From: the human T2T-CHM13v2.0 reference genome, Homo sapiens
DNA: 64,000 nucleotides
Strand: one strand, 5' to 3'
Assembly (NCBI RefSeq): GCF_009914755.1
Contig: NC_060927.1
How positions within the stretch are numbered: the first letter of the stretch is position 1; every line of letters starts with the position of its first letter. Under the pieces are notes generated by a model. It was not told where the DNA came from. It did no database searches and saw only the letters and a program-made list of their open reading frames with translations. Below are positions 54,196-64,000 of the stretch, in pieces. The translations under genes and the position numbers were made by a program.

Positions 54196-54763
54196 TCAAT
54201 GTATCCACTTGAGTAAAGAGATAGTTTTTCTTCCAGTGGCCTCTTATGATTTTTAGAGAAAGTGTTCATTGGCTTGGATCATATGTCCATACACAGTAGG
54301 CAGGGAAATTTTGTGTTCTGGTTGTATAACTCTGGTTGTACAGCGTGGATTTCTGAATAGTGTGATTAACAACACTGACCAGCAACACATGGGTTGGGGA
54401 GGAGTAGTCAAAATACTTTTATAGATCTGTGTAGCTGACAAAGTGAAGAGCAACATGGTGTACTTTGGTCTGGCTTTCAGACACAAATTTTCTCCTAGTG
54501 GTGACTTAACCCAGTAGATTTTTAAGTACTTTACACTCATCCCAGTCAAATGATTCACTTTCCATAGAGTTGGAGGAGGAATAAATACTGAGGGTGAATC
54601 CACCTATTTACTATATAGTATTTTCCTTTGAGAAAATAAACCAAGTCCCCTTCTAGGGAAGCAGATGGATGAGGTGGAGGAAGAGAATTCATCCTCATCC
54701 TTTGACAAATGTTTATATCCTCTAAGTCTAACCCCAAATCTGGAAAAGGATAGCTGCTCAGTA

Positions 54764-54943
54764 AATATTTAATGAAATGGATAATTATCAGAATAACAGT
54801 TTTCAAAGTGTATTTCATTTAGAATATTTAATGAAATGTATAATTATCAGAATAATAGTTTCCAAAGTGTATTTTATTTAGAATATTTAATGAAATGGAT
54901 AATTATCAGAATAACAGTTTCCAAAGTGTATTTTGTTTAGAAT
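54764..54943. repeat. Minisatellite, 59-bp unit x 3
   Basis: 'aatatttaatgaaatg(g/t)ataattatcagaataa(c/t)agttt(t/c)caaagtgtattt..tttag' starting at 54764, 54823 and 54882. Confidence 0.95.
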
Positions 54944-57039
54944 TTTCCAGGTAGCTGAGGAAAATAAAAAAATAACCTGCTCTCAATGTTGTAGTCTCAT
55001 AATCCACATTCCATATGCTTAACACTTTTCTTCTGATTGAATGATTTGCATTAATTACAAATGAATGCTAAAAACAAAACTTTTTCATTCCTAATAAACT
55101 TATTTTTATTTAATCATTTTTGCTTCAGAAACGGGTAATGGCAGTTTTCAAATACTATTCTAATGTGAGTGCATTAGACACTATTGTTCACGTAGGATTT
55201 GTTCCTTTGATTTGATGGAAATATCCACATGACAATTTTTTTTAAAGTCACTACGGGGATATAATGGATGTCAAGGTGATTCCTTTTCCTGTCCCTTCCC
55301 TTTTCCCACAAGAATTTGTACTGTGAGAGAGTTTTGAATGTCTTAGTACAGTCGGTTGCTCATATGACATTTTTTTTCTTTATCTTTGTGACAATGCAAG
55401 TTGAAATGATTGAGGGGTGGAAGAACTGAGAACTGTAGACAGAACTAATGCAAATTTTGCACATCAAATAGAAGCTAGAAGCTTATTGATTTAAGAAGCA
55501 TTTCTAAGAGTTCTACTCTATCAGCTGGCTCATGGGTGGTCAACTGGTTCAACTTCACTAAAAAGAGTTCTTTTTACTTTAATTTGCTTTTTAAAATTGT
55601 TATCTAAGACTTTTCAAGAGCACACTGGGGTTTTTCATTTCAGATCCTCTGGAGAGACACAGTGTTTATTTTCCATAAAAGAAGTGAACACAGTGTGTTC
55701 CTTTGAAAAGCTCAGCCTCCCTTTCTGAGGTGAACAAAACTCCTTTAGTAGGTTCCACTAGAGTCAAGCTCATCAGGGGATGGTGGCTTTCTTCTGTTTG
55801 ATTCTTACCTAACCCAATTTTTCTGTGAATAGGTGGTATTGGTTTTTCAGTTGCTTTCCACTTTGGAGTAGACTATTTCAGTCTTAGAAAGGGCATAGAA
55901 AGAGTTGATGGGAATGAAATAGGCAGCATTTTTTGGTCACTCTTAGAATAACTTTTGACTTCTCTCAAAGGAACATCTGAGCCTGAGGGATTCAACTAGT
56001 TTTATTGGGACAAAACTTCCAGGCTCCATCCCTGCTTTTAAAGAGGAAAAATATTCCATTCTAGCCATTCCAGAGGTGAAGAAATGCTGTCTTCCACTTT
56101 CTAAACATTCTTACCCAGCTTCCTTCATGTTTTCTCCTCACTGTTGGCATGCTTTAAAAACTTGCTGTCTTTGCATTCTCGGGTGAGCCATATCTAAGAG
56201 ATAGATTAACAGCTACTGTCCCCCAAACTGAGGATAGAAAGACGTGTCACCAAAGGAACCATAAAACAAGAAAGGATATTTTAGTGAGGCTAATTTGAGT
56301 GAGGCTAAATTATTTTCACTAAGTATGTAAAACATTTATTGATTTGGAGTCACTTCAAATTTACTTTCTTGACAATCACTGGATTAAATATTATTTTTGG
56401 TATCAATCAATATTTTTAAAAGATATATTTATAATAAGCCATTGGTGAAGTTAGTGTTGAAGTCCTATAAAAATAGACCTTGTTTTGTCTATAGTAGCAT
56501 TAAACCTATACCAGTATTATTGCTGATTTACAATAATATCTAATATTTACTCCATTTTTCTTAATCTCAGAGAACGGTCTACCAAAAAAATTTAAAAAAA
56601 AGAAATGCTTGAGTAAAATGTTAAATTCAGTTTCCTTATTACCATGACAATGGCAAGGAAGCAAGGAAATCTGTCTTCCCTTTCATGGATGGATTCACAT
56701 TATCTCTTAGCATTTCTCCCCCTGGTAGTCCTGGATCATTCCAGGTGACCGTAATATGCCCAGTTCATACTGAGGAGGGATTTTCACTATGGGCATAACC
56801 TGCAGCATCTCTTGTAGGTGAATATGGTGTAGTTGTATAATCCCTTCCCCTCACGATCCATTAGTTATCCCAAACTCTTACAGTGGAGCTAGAAAGGACA
56901 TCTGTCATACATGAGGTTCTGTGAAACTCTGAGACCTTAAATACTTTTGGTAAGTCATTGTCTGTTTAAATAGTTTAGTAAGTTATTGTCAGTATGCTCA
57001 TTTATCTGTTGTATATGTCATATCTAAAGTTCTCACTTT

Positions 57040-57350
57040 GGCCAGGTGTTGTGGCTCATGCCTGTTATCCCAGCACTTTAGGAGGCTGAGGCAGGAGGAT
57101 TGCTTGAGCCCAGGAGTTTGAGACTAGCCTTGGCAACATAGTGAGACCCTGTCTCTACAAAAAGATAGATAATAAAATTAACTGGGTGTGGTGGTGCATA
57201 CCTGCAGTCCCAGCTATTCAGAGGCTGAGGTGAGAGGATGACTTGAGAGTGGGAGATTGAGGCTGCAGTGAGCCGTTGAACACACCACTGCACTCCACAC
57301 TGTGAGACAGACTGAGACCCTGTCTCAAAAAAATAATTAAAAAAAATAAG
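57040..57350 (+). mobile_element. AluJ (Jo/Jr-like)
   Basis: 'ggattgcttgagcccaggagtttgagactagcc'; TSD 'taaag(t/g)tctcactt'. Confidence 0.93.
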
Positions 57351-58739
57351 ATAAAGGTCTCACTTCAAGGTACTGAAGTTGTGTAATATCCCTCAACATT
57401 GCAGAACATTACAGAACACAGTAATGTGTTTGCAAAAGGATATTGATAGAAAGGATATTGATGTTTGCTGTAGGATTTTAAAATACATTTCTTTGTTTGA
57501 GGGGCTGCTGTCTTTCTGAATCATAGCCCCCAGGCTAAAGTCGGAATAGATTCAGATCATGACATTGAGCACTCCTCAAGCTCCATGCTGTCTTATTGCT
57601 TTTGTGGACAATCTGTAAGGATTTATGGGTTGAAAAGTGGAAATTAGTGGACCCTATATTAAGTAACCTTTAAGGAAGTTAACCTAGTGAAATGCGATGT
57701 ATTTTCATGTGATACCAGGGCTTCAGAAAATCTTTTTATCTTTTATGTTTCATTTTTTTCCTGCAACAAATGGTCAAGTAGTACTAATTTAATTTTAAAG
57801 GCAAATATTCAAAATTAATTTCCAAGGAGGTAGAGATCCTTTCAGATTGATATGGTGATAAAATAGTTAAATGCATCCAAGATACAAAAAAAGCATACCT
57901 TACTTCTTATATCTCAAAATAATTCCTCTTTGTGCCACACCTGTTGCCTTGTTAAAATGGATGTGATTAGCTAATGGCACTATAACTTGAAAATAATGGT
58001 TCACATACTCCCTGAAATCCTTCAAGCTGGAAGACACTCACAGTGTCTGATTAGGCCTCTTGTTTCAAGGCAGCACTGTGCCTTAGTATTATATTACAAA
58101 CAAGCAGATGGTCTGCTTTATATTTGAAGGAAAAAAATATCAGGGAAGGTACTCGTTCCCTGATAGTTGATTTTCAGATCAGATTTCAAGAATTCTTTGA
58201 TTCCTAAGTGACTATTGGAGTTAGGGTTTATTTTAGAAAAAGAAACACTGCATCTGTTGAACATAGAAACACCTGTTGCTGTCGATGAGTACTGCTGATA
58301 GTTTATGCTAAAAATTCTAGTTTTGAATTTTATTGGGACTTTAACAGGTATTTATAGAGACCTGACTATGTTTATAATATGGTACTTCTGATTAACGTGA
58401 AGAGGTTGCAGTCAGAGTTTCTGACCCTCATGTACAAAGAACTGGAGAAATAGATAAGGTTTATGGTCTTAGAGTAGAGCTACCTAAGCATCCTGAGGAA
58501 GGTGGAAACAAATGTCATGGAGATTGATCATTTCATAAACATTCCCTTATTGCTGGATTTTTAAAATCACAAAGATATAAATGAGGATATTAATTGGGGG
58601 GAGGGTGAAACAAAAAACATCACTGAATATAATTTACTTGCAAAACATTGCTGGAAATCTTTCAAGCAATGCACATTATAGTAAGAGGATAAGAAAAGAG
58701 ATATGAACAAGAATAAAATATTAATGTTTTTATATTAAT

Positions 58740-58935
58740 AAGAGTAGCAAAAACAAATATCTAAATATTTTTCATGTGTTCTCAGGAGTTTACATGTGTT
58801 GTCTCACTCAGTCCTCAAAATAACACTGTGGAGTTGGTCCTGTCATTATTCCAGTTGTGTAGCCAAGGAAAATGAGGCTTAGATGTTGCACTAGCGGTGA
58901 GTGGTAGAGTTCAGATTCCAACTCAGTAAACCCTG
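58740..58935 (-). mobile_element. MIR
   Basis: 'tctcactcagtcctcaaaataacactgtgg...aaggaaaatgaggcttaga...gtgagtggtagag'. Confidence 0.7.
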
Positions 58936-59073
58936 TAAGCATCAACACAGAGTTAAGTTCATTTAGGTTGAACCATAAGATGTGGCAAGCTTACCAACAG
59001 GAGACAGGAATGGAAACATTCTATGTGGGCTGTGCTCTGTGCAACACTGCTCTCAGAAGACGTGTGGTATAGA

Positions 59074-59381
59074 AGGGCATTACTTAAAGTGTGGTCCACG
59101 AATTTCTTCTAGTCTGTGAATTATTTATGTTACTGTTCTGCGACATTATAAATACAAAATCTAAGAATTAGCCCTACAAAATTCTTACAGCAATTTGATA
59201 GTATTTTTTTTCTGTTGAAACTAATAACCACAAAAAAAGGGACTGTATTTTGTATGTTTTACATTTAATATTTTTAGAATTGTATTTTTACTTTGTTCTA
59301 TAATAATCAGTGACAGGCTGGAGAATTTAAAACAAGAACAAAAATCTGGTGTTTTCCAGCAAAGAGTTTGAGAAATACCAA
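59074..59381. mobile_element. Charlie18a-like hAT element
   Basis: 'cttaaagtgtggtccacg', 'ttacagcaatttga', 'tgtattttgtatgt', end 'agtttgagaaatacc'. Confidence 0.65.
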
Positions 59382-60132
59382 TGTAGAATAAAGACCATCC
59401 TGGTTCTATTAGTTGCAGATATGATTTTTGGAATGGTTTTAATATCTACCTAGTAGGATGGCTTCCAAGTTTAAATGCAGGGACATATTAGCTAGCATCT
59501 CCCACTGTGCTTAGCACATGGTAGATTTTTCAATCAAAGCCAGCTGAACTTGTAACCATGAGAATAAAAACCAAGAGTAGGTTAATAGCATTTTCACTGC
59601 ATCTCACTTCAGTGATCATTTTAGTCTGAGGAACAGTACTGAAGTCGAACCTTCTCTTCTATCAGGGTCTCTTTCGGTCAGTCTGTCTTTGTAATTCAGT
59701 TCTAGAATAAAGAGGCAAGTTAGATGAAAAAAGGTGCAGGTCAGGGGATTTATGCAAAAAAGAATTTGCTCAGAAGGTCCTGGAGTCTATATGGACTCAG
59801 ATGAATCTTCTACAGTAGTTTACAGTGAAAACTGATGCTATAGAATGTTGATTCAGGCACTCAGAGGGTTACAACTGTCAAAGTAAAGACCTTGGTGCTG
59901 AACACCCAGGGGAGGATTTGAACAAATGGGAAGCAGCATCAGCTGCTGCCTGAAGCTTGCAGCTGTGTGCTGCTTTCAGTTTGCTGTGTGGCTTTGCCAG
60001 GCTCTTCTCTGGAACCTTTCTTCCTTCTCTATAACTTCTGTACCTCCCAGGCCTCTTCACTGCCTTCCTTCAACTCCACGTGGATAAGTTCCTTTTCAAC
60101 TCTTTTCACTATCCAAAACTTCTTGCTTCTCA

Positions 60133-60135
<3 letters not shown>

Positions 60136-60177
<42 letters not shown>
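60136..60177. repeat. (GT)n microsatellite replacing the Alu tail
   Basis: Directly visible, about 21 units. Confidence 0.95.
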
Positions 60178-60180
<3 letters not shown>

Positions 60181-60456
60181 GAGATGGAGTCTCACTCTGT
60201 CGCCCAGGCTGGAGTGGCATGATCTCAGCTTACTGCAGCCTCCGGCTCCTGGGTTCAAGCGATTCTTGTGCCTCAACCTCCTGAGTAGCTGGGATTACAG
60301 GTGCCTGCCACCATGCCCAGCCAATTTTTGTATTTTTAGTAGAGACAGGGTTTCACCATGTTGGCCAGGCTGGTTTCGAACTCCTGACCTCAGGTGATCT
60401 GCCCGCCTCAGCCTGCCAAAGTGCTGGGATTACAGGCCTGAGCCACTGTGCCTGGC
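60178..60456 (-). mobile_element. AluSx-like
   Basis: 'ttggccaggctggtttcgaactcctgacctcaggtgatctgcccgcc'. Confidence 0.95.
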
Positions 60457-60898
60457 TAGATGTACATATATTTGTCATAGGATATTCTAGAAGGAATCTT
60501 TCATAGAATATTCTGGTTCAAATGCCAGCCTATTCAGCAATCCTCTGTGCCACAAAACTGACTTTTAATTTTTTTTTTACTATATCCCTCCATGCCAAAT
60601 TCTGAAACCTTAATGAAAGTTATCTCATCTAGGTTTTTAGAGGGGAAAAAAAGAAAAAAACATTTTTACTAAATGAACAAATACTTTGTAAAAATTTACT
60701 GCATTCCTGCCATGTGTGAGGCCCTCTGCTGGGCATGGGGAGAGTGCAAATATGGGTTATTTCCTCATTCGATATTTACTGGGAAGGTCACTGTAATATA
60801 CATTAAGAATAATCCTAGAGCACATACAAATACACAATTTAAACAGACTAATGTAAAGTTAAATAAAAATAGTAGTTCCATTGTTTTCTTCCTGCACC

Positions 60899-61268
60899 TG
60901 ATATGGTTTGGCTCTGTGTCTCCACCTGAATCTCATCTTGAATTGTAATCCCAATTGTAATTCCCACATGTTGAGGGAAGGGCCTTGGTGGGAGGTGATT
61001 GGATCATGAGGACAGTTTCCCCCATGCTGTTCTTGTGAAAGTGAGTTCTCAGAAGATTTAATGTGTTTATAAGTGGAAGTTTTTCCCCTGCTTTCCTGTC
61101 TCTCGCCTGCTGCCATGTAAGATGCAATTGCTTCCCCTTCACCTTCCACCATGACTGTCAGTTTCCTAAGGCCTCCTAGCTATGCAGAACTTTGAGTCAA
61201 TTAAACTTCTTTCCTTTGTAAATTACCCAGTCTTGGGTATCCTTATAGCACTGTGACAGACTAATGCA
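60899..61268 (+). mobile_element. THE1C/D solo LTR
   Basis: 'tgatatggtttggctctgtgtctccacc...gactaatgca'; perfect 5-bp TSD GCACC at 60894-60898 and 61269-61273. Confidence 0.92.
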
Positions 61269-61345
61269 GCACCCCAATGGAGCGCTGTAAACACTCCTTA
61301 GGCAAGTATGTTCCACTCTAAAGATCACTGTTCAAAGGTGAGATC

Positions 61346-62065
61346 ATGAAGCTATTAGGTAAATATATCATAAAGAAAAAATTGTGCTATATAATAAAAG
61401 AAACTATCATCAGAGTGAACAGGCAACTTATAGAATGGGAGAAAATTTTTGCAATCTATCCATCTGACAAAGGGCTACTATCCAGAATCTACAAGGAACT
61501 TAAATTTACAAGAAAAAGCAACCCCATCAAAAAGTGGGCGAAGGATATGAATAGAAACTTCTCAAAAGAAGATATTTATGCAGCCAACAAACATATGAAA
61601 AAATGCTCATCATCACTGGTCATTAGAGAAATGCAAATCAAAACCACGGTGAGATACCATCTCATGCCAGTTAGAATTGGGATGATTAAAAAGTCAGGAA
61701 ACAACAGGTGCTGGAGAGTCTGTGGAGAAATAGGAAAGCTTTTACACTGTGGGTGGGAGTGTAAATTAGTTCATCCATTGTGGAAGACAGTGTGGCAATT
61801 CCTGAAAGATCTAGAACCAGAAATACCATTTGACCCAGCAATCCCATTACTGGGTGTATACCCAAAGGATTATAAATCATTCTACTATAAGGACACATAC
61901 ACACGTATGTTTATTGCAGCACTGTTCACAATAGCAAAGGTTTGGAACCAGCCCAAATGCTCATCAATGATAGACTGGATTAAGAAAATGTGGCACATAT
62001 ATACCATGGAATACTACGCAGCCATAAAAAAGGATGAGTTCATGTGCTTTGCAGGACATGGATGA
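61346..62065 (+). pseudogene. 239-aa ORF: short flank-derived N-terminus fused to the L1 ORF2p C-terminal (CCHC) domain; expression unproven
   Basis: Track ORF contains '[10 protein letters not shown]...EWEKIFA' and '[14 protein letters not shown]'; frameshifted at the very end (FAGHG instead of FAGTWMKLE). Confidence 0.6.
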
Positions 62066-62385
62066 AGCTGGAAACCATCATTCTCAGCAAACTAATGCAG
62101 GAACAGAAAACCAAACCCCTCATGTTCTCACTCATAAGTGGGAGTTGAACAATGAGAACACGTTGATACAGGGAGGGGAATATCACACACTGGGGCCTGT
62201 CGGGGGGTGGGGGGCTAGGGGAGGGATAGCATTAAGAGAAATACCTAGTGTAGATGATGGGTCGATGGGTGCACCAAACCACCATGGCACGTGTATACCT
62301 ATGTAACAAACCTGCACGTTCTGCACATGTACCCCAGAACTTAAAGTATAATAATAAAAAATAAAGATTTTATAAATAAAAAAAG
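61395..62385 (+). mobile_element. L1PA (7/8-like), 5'-truncated 3' end
   Basis: ORF2 C-terminus, G-rich 3' UTR, 'acctgcacgttctgcacatgtaccccagaacttaaagtataataataaa'; TSD-like 'aaaattgtg(c/t)tata'. Confidence 0.93.
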
Positions 62386-62542
62386 AAAATTGTGTTATAA
62401 AAGTTGTAGATGAAATGATAGGAAGTGACAAATGGGAGCTATTATTTTTAACTAATGGATTTTAAACATTTGTTCCATACCACTTTATATATGGCTCTGG
62501 GGATTTAAAACAAATTAATATGACAATACAGTGCTATGATTT

Positions 62543-62742
62543 AAAGCAGAGGTTGGCAAATTTTTCTGAAAAGAACCAGATAATAAATATAGTAGGCTTT
62601 GCTGGCCACACTGTTTCTGTCATAATCAACTCAACTCTGCCCTCAGGTAGCATGAACAAATAACAGCACAGGCATTGGGTAAATGAATGGGCCTGACTGT
62701 GTTTCAGTGCTGCCTGCAGGCCATAGCTTGCTGAACCCTGAT
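62543..62742. mobile_element. MER58
   Basis: 'agcagaggttggcaaattttttctgaaaagaaccagataataaatatagtaggctttgctggcca...catagcttgctgaaccctg'. Confidence 0.85.
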
Positions 62743-62864
62743 GAAAAGAGAAGGCTTTGCAATTAAAGCTGGTGATGAATTCTGGTATTGATATCAGTTC
62801 TGTTGTCAGCCATGTATCAGGTATACAAACTCTCCTAGGCTTGATTTCCTCAGTGACAGCCTAG

Positions 62865-63022
62865 ATAGGCCAAGTGCACTTTGTGGTCTACACATCATCA
62901 TCACCCAGAAACTTGTTAGAAATGCAGAACCACAGGCCCTGCCTAAGGCCTATTGATTCAAGAATCTGCATTCTAACAAGCCCCTTGGGGTATTTGCGTA
63001 TCATAGTTGGAGAAGCACGGGG
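62865..63022. mobile_element. MER5A inserted in a MIR remnant
   Basis: 'catcacccagaaacttgttagaaatgcagaa...aatctgcattctaacaagcccc...agttggagaagcac'. Confidence 0.8.
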
Positions 63023-63027
63023 ACAGA

Positions 63028-63057
63028 TGCTGCTGCTGCTGCTGCTGATGATGTTGT
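63028..63057. repeat. Short (CTG)n/(ATG)n triplet run
   Basis: 'tgctgctgctgctgctgctgatgatgttg'. Confidence 0.8.
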
Positions 63058-64000
63058 TAGTACATCAATGTATAGGGTTACTGAATTGTGTGGTTAATTG
63101 AGATGCTGCCCTCAAAGCACTTATGTACTAGAACTAGAATAATCACTCCATCATGTTTTTGCTCACCCATGCCTGTATTAGGATTTGTCAGAAAACTCAG
63201 AATTAAGTGGAATCTAGGAAGATTTTATATTAAATTAAAACCAAACCAAGTCACATTTAATTAAAATTAAAGCCAAACCATATGGGATGATGAATAGGAT
63301 TTATTCATGGAGTGCCAGGAGCTACAGCATACTAGGGTCATTGCAAATTGTTTAACCTATAAGGTGTAGCCATATTCTGAATAATGAATGACTTAGTAAA
63401 GGAATTTTGTGAAGTCAAGTGGGGAGGAAATGTAGGCTTCTCTCCTATTGGCATTTTCTGAGTCCTTTTGGAGCTCTGAGTTTGTTTTTTTTTTTTCATT
63501 TCTTTGCTGTGGTAAGTAGAGTAAATAGATGATATTAGAATGAGGTAGGGACTATCTTCGAAGTGAGAAAGGTATAAGAAATACAATATCATTTTTGAGA
63601 AAATTTTGTTTTAAAGACCTAAGCCACAAAAACATATTCTTGGTTAATCAGAAATTTAAGAAAACATGAATGCTGCATTCTTTTAATATTTGTTATATAA
63701 CGTGTAATATTAGTAGTAAAGTGAATTATGTTCTCTACGTTCATTTATCCTTCTGTTTTATGTTAAAGCAATGGCCCAGACCCCCAGATTTTGGTTGTTA
63801 ACCATAATTAGAATACCTCTTTTTTCTAAAAGGCTGGCATTGTGTAAAGAATTTTACAGTGTAAGGTCACTGCTTAGCAAGAGTAAAGGAACACAGTCTA
63901 ACAGAGTCATTTCATCTTCTGTATCTATTTTGTCAGCTCTTAAATGAGAATAATGCTGGTTCTTCTACAGATATTGTGAGGACAGACAATAAAGGTCACT

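Noticed and set aside
54764-54943. CRISPR-like array
   Set aside because: Units abut with no unique spacers, there are no cas genes, and the DNA is primate; this is a minisatellite
56283-57468. 15-bp micro-duplications ('agtgaggctaa' at about 56283-56309; 'aaaggatattgat' at about 57435-57462)
   Set aside because: Ordinary slippage duplications, unrelated to each other
58138-58165. 10-bp-stem hairpin 'tatcagggaa...ttccctgata' (similar small stems near 1823, 19792 and 21811)
   Set aside because: Short stems are expected by chance in 64 kb of AT-rich DNA, and there is no RNA-gene context
63028-63057. CTG/CAG repeat as an expansion locus or polyQ/polyL exon
   Set aside because: Only about 6 units, at a MER5A/MIR boundary, with no exon evidence

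Overview
This window is AT-rich primate (human-like) genomic DNA, apparently intergenic or deep-intronic. I found no cellular protein-coding exon, RNA gene, CpG island, CRISPR array or prokaryotic feature. A large fraction is interspersed repeat: Alu (J, S, Y, FLAM), L1 (L1PA, L1PB, L1M), L2, MIR, CR1/L3, MaLR/ERV solo LTRs (MLT1, THE1, MER21, MER39-like, LTR10C-like) and DNA-transposon fossils (MER5, MER33, MER58, MER81, MER102, ORSL, Charlie18a, MADE1). Most ORFs in the track are repeat-derived or chance ORFs; two are decayed L1 ORF2 fragments. Subfamily names come from recalled consensus sequences, not a database search, and boundaries of old repeats are approximate. I cannot support a new biological system here. 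The most notable structures are: (1) an orphan HERV-K integrase/env-splice-acceptor fragment with an A-rich tail and a 7-bp direct repeat (46.6 kb); (2) a split, inverted L1MC1 with a near-identical 68-bp inverted duplication (3.8-5.0 kb); (3) a nested AT-rich palindrome (38.9-39.0 kb); (4) a twin-primed inverted L1PB (48.7-52.2 kb); (5) a triple p53 half-site in an LTR10 (43.6 kb); and (6) a THE1 LTR just upstream of a 239-aa L1 ORF2 C-terminal ORF that starts at a flank-derived ATG (60.9-62.4 kb).
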